A stretch of 64,000 bases of DNA from Pseudomonadota bacterium (GTDB lineage Bacteria > Pseudomonadota > Gammaproteobacteria > Xanthomonadales > Xanthomonadaceae): assembly GCA_029560515.1 (NCBI GenBank), contig JAKQKT010000370.1, positions 98 through 64,097 on the forward strand, given 5' to 3'. Positions 40,312-48,449 of this stretch are shown in pieces. The position numbers and the translations under genes are program-made. The notes under the pieces were generated by a model. The model ran no database searches, was not told the origin of the DNA, and was given only the letters and a program-made list of their open reading frames with translations. The first letter of the stretch is position 1. Each line of letters opens with the position of its first letter.

Positions 40312-41442
40312 TTAACGATTCGTCACCGGCCCATTGACGCCGACATAACCATTGCCACAACCGCTGGTACAAGTCGTGCCGAGCATGTTGTAAACGATGC
40401 GCCCGGTATTGCTTTTGGAACGTATATGGCCGACACCGTTGCTGGTATCGCCGCCGCCGATGTTGTATGGACTGCCATCGGCCCAATTCCAGTCTACGCC
40501 ATAGGCACTGCTGCCAAAGCCAACGTCGACTTGTGCCTTGACGTTACTTGCACCAGTGAACAAGGCCCCGTTGCTGCAGCCACCGACATACGAGGTAGTA
40601 AAGCAATGCGCCTGATCGTAAAGCCCGGCGGTTATCGTGTAGAAAGCGATCGCGGGATAGGCCAAGGGCATTGCACGCAAACTGCCGGTGCCGCTTCCGG
40701 TCCAGCGGTTATAACCATAGTAGGTAACACCGGTACTCGGATACAAACCGAAAGTGTAGTAATCGTAAGGATAATATCCCTCCGCATTGCAGGTGGGTGC
40801 ATAGGGCGATATGTAGCCGGTGCTGTAACAGGTATTCAGTCCGCGAATACCACCTGCGATATTCACGAAACGGCGCACCTTGCCGGAAGCGCCATAGTAT
40901 TTCAGCGTGGCCAATGCCATGGATGATCCGAGCGAATGGCCGACGATATCGACCTGGGTCTTTCCGGTGTAGAGCAATACCTTGTCGATGAAGGTTTTCA
41001 GAATCAGGTATTTCGCGGGCTGGTGATAATTATTCTGCGGTGCCGCGCGCTCGCTTGCATTAAGATAGGTAATACCGAACAGCTCGCAATCGTTGTAACC
41101 CTGCGCCTTCAGCTCGTCGTACACGGAACGTGCGGGCGTTGCATATCCGCTAACGGCGCCGGCAGGAAGATCGAAACTGATCGCGCTATCGCCATTGCCA
41201 TGAATAAAAATCACCGGCGTGCGCGTCGCAGTGCAGGTGCCTCCACCGAATCCGCCGCTGCCAACGCCGGGACTGAAGCCGCCCGCGTATTGCGTTGCCG
41301 TCCCCTGGCAGGCGTAACCATTATTGCTGCCGCAGTCGAGCGCGGCATGTGCGACGGGAGCCGCGAGCGCCGAAGTGATCAGTAAAACGGCTACGCCGCC
41401 GATGAACGAAGCCGAAGAAAATACGATTGCTCTGCGAGACAT
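40312..41442 (-). CDS. phaZ7: PhaZ7-like extracellular native (amorphous) PHB depolymerase
   Basis: Signal peptide (AHA), then LDCGSNNGYACQGTATQYAGGF...TPVIFIHGNGD...GYNDCELFG...VDIVGHSLG...AGLYDQ...GVGHIRSK. Collinear over its length with Paucimonas lemoignei PhaZ7 as recalled. Confidence 0.88.
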   Translation of the reverse strand: MSRRAIVFSSASFIGGVAVLLITSALAAPVAHAALDCGSNNGYACQGTATQYAGGFSPGVGSGGFGGGTCTATRTPVIFIHGNGDSAISFDLPAGAVSGYATPARSVYDELKAQGYNDCELFGITYLNASERAAPQNNYHQPAKYLILKTFIDKVLLYTGKTQVDIVGHSLGSSMALATLKYYGASGKVRRFVNIAGGIRGLNTCYSTGYISPYAPTCNAEGYYPYDYYTFGLYPSTGVTYYGYNRWTGSGTGSLRAMPLAYPAIAFYTITAGLYDQAHCFTTSYVGGCSNGALFTGASNVKAQVDVGFGSSAYGVDWNWADGSPYNIGGGDTSNGVGHIRSKSNTGRIVYNMLGTTCTSGCGNGYVGVNGPVTNR

Positions 41443-41563
41443 GATTTTTTCCCTGTGGCGGGTCGAGAGAAAATTCAGCACGACCGATGTGCCGATACTG
41501 CACGAGAGCGCCATCGACACCTACTGTACTTAAGTGTCATTCGCTGCTGCGTCGGAATTGGAT

Positions 41564-42373
41564 TTATTGCGTTGTCCAGCCACCATCGACCGGAATGGCG
41601 GTACCGGTCAGGTTATGTGCGGCCGGGCGACACAACCAGACCACGAGCTCGGCGATTTCTTCAGGCAACGACATCCGTCCGCTCGGTTGTTTTTCGCGCA
41701 ACAGTTCGCGAATGCCTGCATCGCGATCAATACTCAGGTCATTCGTCTTTGCGGCAATTTGCGGCTCGATCAGTGGCGTTTCCACCCAGCCTGGGCAGAC
41801 ACAGTTCACCGTGATGCCACCACTCGCCCTAGATCCGGCCGATGCGTATTCGAGTGCCGCGACTTTGCTCAATCCGATCAGGCCAAACTTGCTTGCGACG
41901 TAAGGCGATTTATTGATCGATGCCACCAGCCCGTGTACCGAAGCGATATTGATCACGCGGCCAAAGCCGCGCTCGGCCATGCCCGGCAAGCTTAATCGCA
42001 GGGTATGAAATGCCGCACTCAGATTGATGGCAATCAATGCATCCCAGCGTTCAACCGGCATTTCGGCTATCGGCGCCGTATGCTGCACGCCGGCACAATT
42101 CACCAGCACATCGACCGGCGACCACGCATTGACCTCTTGCAGCATCGCTTCAATCGCAATCGCGTCGCGCAGGTCGGCATCGTAATATCGGGCTTCAGCA
42201 GCGCCTGACTTGTTTATCTTGGATATCGCGGTGTCAATTTGCTCTGGCGTGCCAAGACCGTTAATCGCAACTCTAGCCCCCGCTGCGCCAAGCGCACTGG
42301 CAATCGCGAGACCGATACCGGAAGTGCCGCCGGTGACCAGCGCAGTTCGCTTGTTCAAAAAGGAATCGGACAT
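41564..42373 (-). CDS. bdhA: D-3-hydroxybutyrate dehydrogenase (SDR)
   Basis: TGGTSGIG, AGVQH, IASVHGLVASINKSPYVASKFG, CPGWVETPL, EKQPS, DGGWT. Confidence 0.93.
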   Translation of the reverse strand: MSDSFLNKRTALVTGGTSGIGLAIASALGAAGARVAINGLGTPEQIDTAISKINKSGAAEARYYDADLRDAIAIEAMLQEVNAWSPVDVLVNCAGVQHTAPIAEMPVERWDALIAINLSAAFHTLRLSLPGMAERGFGRVINIASVHGLVASINKSPYVASKFGLIGLSKVAALEYASAGSRASGGITVNCVCPGWVETPLIEPQIAAKTNDLSIDRDAGIRELLREKQPSGRMSLPEEIAELVVWLCRPAAHNLTGTAIPVDGGWTTQ

Positions 42374-42433
42374 CGGGAATGCATCGGCAAAAGTAGTCGA
42401 AGCACGATATCAGGATGCTTCGATGCCGGCCTC

Positions 42434-42445
42434 GTACCAAAGTAC
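42434..42445. promoter_or_regulatory. Palindromic operator GTAC-CAAA-GTAC (candidate CrbR-like site)
   Basis: Centred between extended -10 elements TGcTAAGGT (+, hexamer 42470-42475) and TGaTATCGT (-, hexamer 42409-42404). Confidence 0.7.
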
Positions 42446-42481
42446 AATGCCGCCCCTGGCTTTGCTTGCTAAGGTAGTGCG

Positions 42482-44302
42482 ATGAAAAATACTCAGTACA
42501 TCGGCTCGCTCGCCATCTCCCTGTTTGCCGCATCGCTTTTATCGGGCAATGCCATGGCGGAAAAACTTCAGCTCGCCAGCGGGATTCAAGAACAGACCTA
42601 TCGAGGCAATGATGATTTGCTGACGGCGGGTCTCGGTGCAAAAGGACTGCGCAGTCCGCTGGCACCGGCATTCGCCAATGTGGAAAACCCTTCCGCCGAA
42701 GAACTGCGCCGTCGGGCCGTCTGGAATAATTGGCGCGGCATTGCCGATCTTTCACCCGGTGGCGGCTTCGGCGAATTCTATGGCTCGCTCGAACCCGTAC
42801 CAGGTCGCGAATACCATGCGCTCGCCATCTTGCACGGAGCGAAATATCCGCATCGCGTGATGCTGCAATTGCCGGATAATTTCGACCGCAAGAAAGCCTG
42901 CGTGGTGGTAAGTGCTTCATCGGGATCACGCGGCATCTACGGCGCCATTGCACTCGCGGGTGGCTGGGGACTGCCGCATGGCTGCGCCGTTGCCTACACC
43001 GATAAAGGTGCCGGTACCGATTATCTCGATACGGCGGAAGATACGACGGACAATAAAAACGCGGCTTACTCCGCAACAAAATATTCCGGCGACGGAATCG
43101 CCCCCATCGCCGTCAAACATGCCAACTCCGGCGACAACCCGGAGGCCGACTGGGGCCGGCATGTGCATCAGGCGGCAGAGTTTGCATTATTGGTATTGAA
43201 CAACGCATATCCGGATTCAAGTCCGTTTACCTACTCGAATACGCACATCATCGCCGTCGGTGTTTCCAATGGCGGCGGTGCGGTGTTGCGAGCGGCGGAA
43301 ACAAAAGACAAAGTGTTCGATGGCGTCGTCGCGATTTCGCCGAATATCTGGTCGGATAAAAGCGGTGGTCGTGCGCTTTACGACTACTCTACCGATGCCG
43401 CCTTGTGGATGCCGTGTGCATTGAATGCCACTGCCTTCGATGACGTTTTTTTTGCCCGGCCAGGCAAGGCAAAATCTCCTGCCGGAAACTTGCGCTGCTT
43501 ATCGCTGAAAACGCTGGGCTGGCTTAAAACAGAGACACTGACGGACCAGGCCGAAGAAGCGGCTGCTTATTTGCATCGTCAGGGCTGGACCGATCGGGCA
43601 TTGGAGGCGGCAGCTTTCAGCACGAGTTTTGATCTATGGCGTGCGGTATCGCTTACCTATGCATCGAGCTATTCACGCCGCAGCGCGAGCGAAATGCCTT
43701 GCGGCTTTTCCTTCCATGCACTCGGCAGTGACGGCAAGGCGCGCGCGCCCACCAAGGCTGAAAAAGCAGCATGGGCCAGCGATGCCTCCGGCATTCCTCC
43801 CGGCGCCGGTGTCGCACTCGTCGATTCGCTGGCACAAGGAACCGATCCCGCCCTGCCCGGCCTGCTTTGCCTGCGGGCCTTGTTTGATGGCAAAGACAAA
43901 AATGCAGTCGCGACAAAAACCGGCATCAATACAACACGCGCGCTCTTGCCACGCACCAAACTGCCCGTGCTTGTAATTCACGGCATTGATGACGGTTTGA
44001 TTCCCGAAGCTTTCGGCAGTGCACGGTATGTTGCATGGGCAAGAAAAAACGGCCGCGACATGCATCACTGGCGCGTTGAAAATGCCCAGCATTTTGATGG
44101 TTTTCTCGGTCTTCCGGTACTCGGCGCGCGTTATGTACCGTTGATGCCGTATGCCTACAATGGTCTGGATGCGATGTGGGCCACTATCACCGAAGGAAAA
44201 AAATTGCCGCATGATGCCGACATCGCCACCACGCCGCGCAAATTAGAGGCCGGTGCCTTGGCACCGTTAAAGCAGGAAAACCTGGGAACAATTCCGCAGT
44301 AA
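42482..44302 (+). CDS. Secreted D-(-)-3-hydroxybutyrate oligomer hydrolase (3HBOH family)
   Basis: Signal peptide; DDLLTAGLG, SSGSRGIYGA, AYTDKGAG, NPEADWG, GVSNGGGA, NAQHFDGF, RYVPL. Confidence 0.9.
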   Translation: MKNTQYIGSLAISLFAASLLSGNAMAEKLQLASGIQEQTYRGNDDLLTAGLGAKGLRSPLAPAFANVENPSAEELRRRAVWNNWRGIADLSPGGGFGEFYGSLEPVPGREYHALAILHGAKYPHRVMLQLPDNFDRKKACVVVSASSGSRGIYGAIALAGGWGLPHGCAVAYTDKGAGTDYLDTAEDTTDNKNAAYSATKYSGDGIAPIAVKHANSGDNPEADWGRHVHQAAEFALLVLNNAYPDSSPFTYSNTHIIAVGVSNGGGAVLRAAETKDKVFDGVVAISPNIWSDKSGGRALYDYSTDAALWMPCALNATAFDDVFFARPGKAKSPAGNLRCLSLKTLGWLKTETLTDQAEEAAAYLHRQGWTDRALEAAAFSTSFDLWRAVSLTYASSYSRRSASEMPCGFSFHALGSDGKARAPTKAEKAAWASDASGIPPGAGVALVDSLAQGTDPALPGLLCLRALFDGKDKNAVATKTGINTTRALLPRTKLPVLVIHGIDDGLIPEAFGSARYVAWARKNGRDMHHWRVENAQHFDGFLGLPVLGARYVPLMPYAYNGLDAMWATITEGKKLPHDADIATTPRKLEAGALAPLKQENLGTIPQ

Positions 44303-44332
44303 TTTTTCCCCAACACAATTCTTTTCAGACCT

Positions 44333-44357
44333 AGGGGCGCCCGCTTGCTGCGCCCCT
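44333..44357. repeat. GC hairpin (single REP-like element or terminator) between convergent genes
   Basis: AGGGGCGC-N9-GCGCCCCT. Confidence 0.45.
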
Positions 44358-44367
44358 TCGGAAAATA

Positions 44368-44964
44368 TCAGCCTCGGCGTCTTTCCAGCAGCAGCAACAT
44401 CGAAAGACTCAGCAATACGCGTTCTTCCTCTTCCTCGTTGCTGAAACCCAGTTTCTTTTCAAGCTTGAAACGACGGCCAATCAAGGATGGTTCCTTGACC
44501 AGTCTCACCACCACATTACCGGCACTGTTGGTAACGATGTAGGCCGGGTGAAACAGATAGCCGGAAAACAATCCGATAATTGGAATCTCGCTGAACAGAC
44601 CGTCCATCACTTTTACCCAGGCATTTTCTTCGCGAACGGTATAGTTCAGCGCCTGCTGGGCATCGAATATTTCGTAATGTGCCTTGAAGATCGAAGCCCA
44701 GCCTTTGCGGGCGATCTTTCCCAGTTCCTGCCCGGCGGTGTTGGTGAAATTATACGCGGCTGAAAAATCCAGCCATTTATTCGCCTTGATCGTATAAAGC
44801 TTTTGCGCCTGGGTCGAATCCTTGCAGACGACCACTTCCTCCAGCAACTTGAACATTTTCTGCCGTACGTAGAAAAGCGATTTATCGCGGGCATCGGTAA
44901 CGGTGAAATCGCTTGAAAGCGTCGTGATCTTGAAAGTCAGGAACAGGGGATATTGGTATTTCAT
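44368..44964 (-). CDS. Conserved hypothetical protein, LURP-one/scramblase (tubby C-terminal)-like
   Basis: DFTVTD...FYVRQKMFKL...WLDFSAAY...RKGWASIFKAHY beta-rich pattern with a hydrophobic C-terminal helix. Confidence 0.65.
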   Translation of the reverse strand: MKYQYPLFLTFKITTLSSDFTVTDARDKSLFYVRQKMFKLLEEVVVCKDSTQAQKLYTIKANKWLDFSAAYNFTNTAGQELGKIARKGWASIFKAHYEIFDAQQALNYTVREENAWVKVMDGLFSEIPIIGLFSGYLFHPAYIVTNSAGNVVVRLVKEPSLIGRRFKLEKKLGFSNEEEEERVLLSLSMLLLLERRRG

Positions 44965-45294
44965 GATGGCCTTTATTGAAAGTGCCCGTCATCATACATA
45001 AAGGATGCCCGGCAGCTTGGCCGGATTTTTCTAGTTGCATTGCAGCATTTAACGAAGCCGGCGGATCTGCCAACCAGCGCACAAATGTCCTTGCCTCAAA
45101 TTGGCGCGCAGTCAGCCCCTGCCAGTTATTAGGCCTGCCCCCTCGCAGTGGACAGAAAATGAAAATAACGTTAAAAACGTCATGTTGACAACATGTAACA
45201 ACCGGTCTTTTATCGATAAACCCTGCTCAAGCTGGCTATCGTAGGAAGTCAACACGCCATCTCTACATACCCTGTACCTAGGAGATTACCCATA

Positions 45295-48192
45295 ATGAAA
45301 AATAGAAATTTACTTGCCGAGAGTGTTCGGCGTGCTCTGTGGCTCGGCGTTGCTGGTACCAGCATGCTCGGCGCCAATGTCATGGCTCAAGAAACTGCGA
45401 AAGAACCTGCAACGCTGAAATCGGTGGAAGTTACCGGCTCGCGTATTCCACGTACGCAATCGGAAAATGCCAGCCCTGTTTACACCGTGAACAAGGAAGC
45501 CATCGAAAAAACCGGTGCGCTGACCATTGGTGATTTCCTGCAGGACATTCCGTCCATCTCGGGCGCAGCGACCAACCCGGCCGTGAACAACGGCGGCGGT
45601 ACCGGCGCAGCAACGGTTTCGCTTCGCGGTCTGGGTGAAGAACGCACCCTGATCCTGATCAATGGTCGCCGCATCGTGACCAACGACGTCAACTCGATTC
45701 CGATGTCGATGGTTCAAAACGTTGAAGTATTGAAAGACGGTGCATCGGCCATTTACGGTTCGGATGCCGTGGGCGGCGTGGTCAACTTCATTCTCAGCAA
45801 AAATTACGAAGGTCTGGAAGCCCGTGTGGATTACGGCATTTCCTCGCGCGACGACGGACAACGTCAAGGCGCCAGCCTCACCTGGGGCGTGGCTGGTGAG
45901 CGCGGCAATTTGGTGTTGACCGCCAACTACAATAAACAGGAAGAAGTCAGCGCTGCTGACCGTGCATTCTCGGAATTCGCACTGTCGCTGGGTTCAACGT
46001 CTTCGAGCGGTATCGTTCAGGGCGGTTCGAGCCGTGCGATTACAGGTCGCTATTTCGTTCCCGGTTATCCTTGCGCCTCCGTTACCCTCGACCCGAGCAC
46101 TCCAGGTACCGCACCTGGCGATTTCCGTTGCTGGGACTTTGCACGTGATGCCTTCAATTACCAAGCCGTGGGCAACCTCGAGCTGACCCCGCAGGAACGT
46201 ACCGGCTTGTTCATCAGCGGTAACTATGACATCACCGACAACGTCACCGGTTATATCGATGCCTTCGTCAATAACACACGTTCCGCTTCGCAAATTGCGC
46301 CATTGCCTTTCGACGGTTTGTCCGATGGCATCTCGCTGTCGCAATTCAACCAATACAACGTATTCGGTGTCCAAGTTGACGATATCCGTCTGCGTTTGAG
46401 TCGTCTGGGCAATCGTCGTTATGAATACACCACTGATGTCAGTCAGGTAAATGCCGGCCTTCGCGGTGCGTTTGCCGATACCACCTGGAGCTGGGACTAC
46501 AACGTCAGCTGGGGCAAAATCGATCAAGCCAATGACAATCAGGGCTACATCGATTACGCCGCACTTGCCTTGGGCCTGGGTCCATCCTCGGGTGGCGTCT
46601 GCTACACCGATGGTACTTTCACCACGCCAATTCCCGGCTGCACACCAATCGACTTCGTCGGCAACTTTGATCCAAGCACACCCGCTGGCCAAGCCCAGTT
46701 GACGGCTCTGCAAGCCATTACCTTGAATGTGCTGCATACCACCAAAACCACCTTCCGTGGTTTCCAGGCCAACTTCAACGGCGATCTGTTTGACCTCAGC
46801 GCAGGTACCGTTAAAGCTGCCGTGGGTGTTGAATATCGTAAAAACTCGCTGGTATTTGATCCGTATGACGGTGCGATTGTCGATCCAAGTGCTGGCTACA
46901 CCTGCGGCATTTCTTCCGAACTATGTACCGCGCCTACTGCTGGTGACGTGACCGTTAAGGAAGTGTACGGCGAGGCATTTGTACCTGTTACTGACACCCT
47001 TAATCTCTCGCTGGGAACACGCTGGTCGAGCTATTCGTCTTTCGGCAACACCGTCAACAGCAAGATTGGCATGGAATGGCGTCCTTCCGATCAACTGCTC
47101 GTCCGCGGTACATATGCACAGGTATTCCGCGCTCCTCTGATTACCGATTTGTACGGTGGCGAAACGGCAGCTTCTGATGGTTTTACTGATCCATGTAATG
47201 GTGCTTCAGCAGCTGGTGGCGGTATGTCTACCAATCCTGCCTGCCAGAATGTGCGTTTGTTTGACACAACTCTGCCCGAACAAAACGATCCGACATTACC
47301 AAACTACAACCCCCGTTTTTCTCAAACAGATACACAGCTGAACGCAATCAAAGGTGGTACCAGCTCACTGAAACCCGAAGAAGGTGAAACCATTACACTC
47401 GGCTTCGTCTACGAGCCTTCATGGCTTGAAGGTTTCTCGACCACTATCGACTTCTGGCGTGTGAATCTTGATAACGCTATCGGCACGATTGGTACGCAAA
47501 ATATTTTGAACGTCTGCTACAGCAGCGGTGGTCCACTCTGCTCGCTGTTCACGCGCCGTGCAAGTGGTGAAATTGAGATCCTGTTTGACAAACGTGCCAA
47601 CGTCGGTACGGTTGAAACAGCTGGTGTTGATATCGGAATGCGCTACAAATGGGATACCGATTTCGGCAACTTCAAGTTCAACTTGGACTCGACATACACA
47701 GACAGATATGACGTCGACGTGATCTACGCAGGTGCTGTTGTCCAAAGCCAGGAAAATGCAGGCACATACCTGTCCTCGGCCAATGGCGGTAACGGCAACT
47801 ACAGCAAATGGCGCGCACTCGGCAATATCAGCTGGAGCAAAGGCATCTGGGATATTTCCTGGAATATGCGTTATACCGACGGCTTCACTGTCGGTAGCGA
47901 AGACCCAAACAGCGGCGTCATCTGCGCCAACCGTTTCGGCTTCGGTGGTTTCGACAATGCTGCTGATCGCGGTTATGCCTGCCAGTTGAATATCGGTGCA
48001 ACCACCTATCACAACATCCAGGCTGGCGTGAAACTTTGGGATAGCCTCAAAATCCGCGTTGGTGTCGATAACGTGAATGACAAACAGCCACCAATCCTCT
48101 ATCAAAACAACTCGCTCAACGGCAACACCGACGAGCGCACCTTTGATACGGTCGGTCGCTACTACTGGACCAGTCTGACCTACACGTTCTAA
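45295..48192 (+). CDS. TonB-dependent receptor with Cys-rich loops
   Basis: SD AGGAG; VEVTGSRI, SLRGLG..RTLILINGRR, VEVLKDGASAIYGSDAVGGVVNFI, LKPEEG, terminal TYTF. Confidence 0.95.
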   Translation: MKNRNLLAESVRRALWLGVAGTSMLGANVMAQETAKEPATLKSVEVTGSRIPRTQSENASPVYTVNKEAIEKTGALTIGDFLQDIPSISGAATNPAVNNGGGTGAATVSLRGLGEERTLILINGRRIVTNDVNSIPMSMVQNVEVLKDGASAIYGSDAVGGVVNFILSKNYEGLEARVDYGISSRDDGQRQGASLTWGVAGERGNLVLTANYNKQEEVSAADRAFSEFALSLGSTSSSGIVQGGSSRAITGRYFVPGYPCASVTLDPSTPGTAPGDFRCWDFARDAFNYQAVGNLELTPQERTGLFISGNYDITDNVTGYIDAFVNNTRSASQIAPLPFDGLSDGISLSQFNQYNVFGVQVDDIRLRLSRLGNRRYEYTTDVSQVNAGLRGAFADTTWSWDYNVSWGKIDQANDNQGYIDYAALALGLGPSSGGVCYTDGTFTTPIPGCTPIDFVGNFDPSTPAGQAQLTALQAITLNVLHTTKTTFRGFQANFNGDLFDLSAGTVKAAVGVEYRKNSLVFDPYDGAIVDPSAGYTCGISSELCTAPTAGDVTVKEVYGEAFVPVTDTLNLSLGTRWSSYSSFGNTVNSKIGMEWRPSDQLLVRGTYAQVFRAPLITDLYGGETAASDGFTDPCNGASAAGGGMSTNPACQNVRLFDTTLPEQNDPTLPNYNPRFSQTDTQLNAIKGGTSSLKPEEGETITLGFVYEPSWLEGFSTTIDFWRVNLDNAIGTIGTQNILNVCYSSGGPLCSLFTRRASGEIEILFDKRANVGTVETAGVDIGMRYKWDTDFGNFKFNLDSTYTDRYDVDVIYAGAVVQSQENAGTYLSSANGGNGNYSKWRALGNISWSKGIWDISWNMRYTDGFTVGSEDPNSGVICANRFGFGGFDNAADRGYACQLNIGATTYHNIQAGVKLWDSLKIRVGVDNVNDKQPPILYQNNSLNGNTDERTFDTVGRYYWTSLTYTF

Positions 48193-48218
48193 TCAGACCG
48201 TTCCATTGGCAACACCAG

Positions 48219-48247
48219 AACCGCAGCCTTCGGGCTGCGGTTTTTTT
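48219..48247 (+). terminator. Intrinsic terminator
   Basis: AACCGCAGCC-TTCG-GGCTGCGGTT plus T run (cUUCGg loop). Confidence 0.93.
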
Positions 48248-48296
48248 ATGTCTGGAAAATAGATTTTTTGCGTTGCCAGCATTTGATTTCATCGAT

Positions 48297-48365
48297 TAGG
48301 GATTTCCCTACAAGGATTACCCAGCATTCCTGACAAATTGCCTTCAATAAAATTGCAATCCTGTT
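48297..48365 (+). promoter_or_regulatory. rhs upstream element with palindrome TAGGGA-TT-TCCCTA; homologous to 56388-56450
   Basis: Palindrome at 48297-48310; ungapped match of 48303-48365 to the region upstream of the RAYT remnant (42/63 by hand). Confidence 0.6.
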
Positions 48366-48449
48366 ATTGATCGCGGCAATCTCGATTATTAATACTGGGC
48401 CTTGCTAACGTATCGCTCATCAGTGCAATTGTTCTTCTCAGGGGTTTCC

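Noticed and set aside
46108-46905. EGF-like hydroxylation motifs in TBDR loops (TAPGDFRC, DPSAGYTC) as AspH substrates
   Set aside because: Only partial matches to C-x-D/N-x4-F/Y-x-C (first Cys missing). The hydroxylase is predicted cytoplasmic, whereas disulfide loops form after export.
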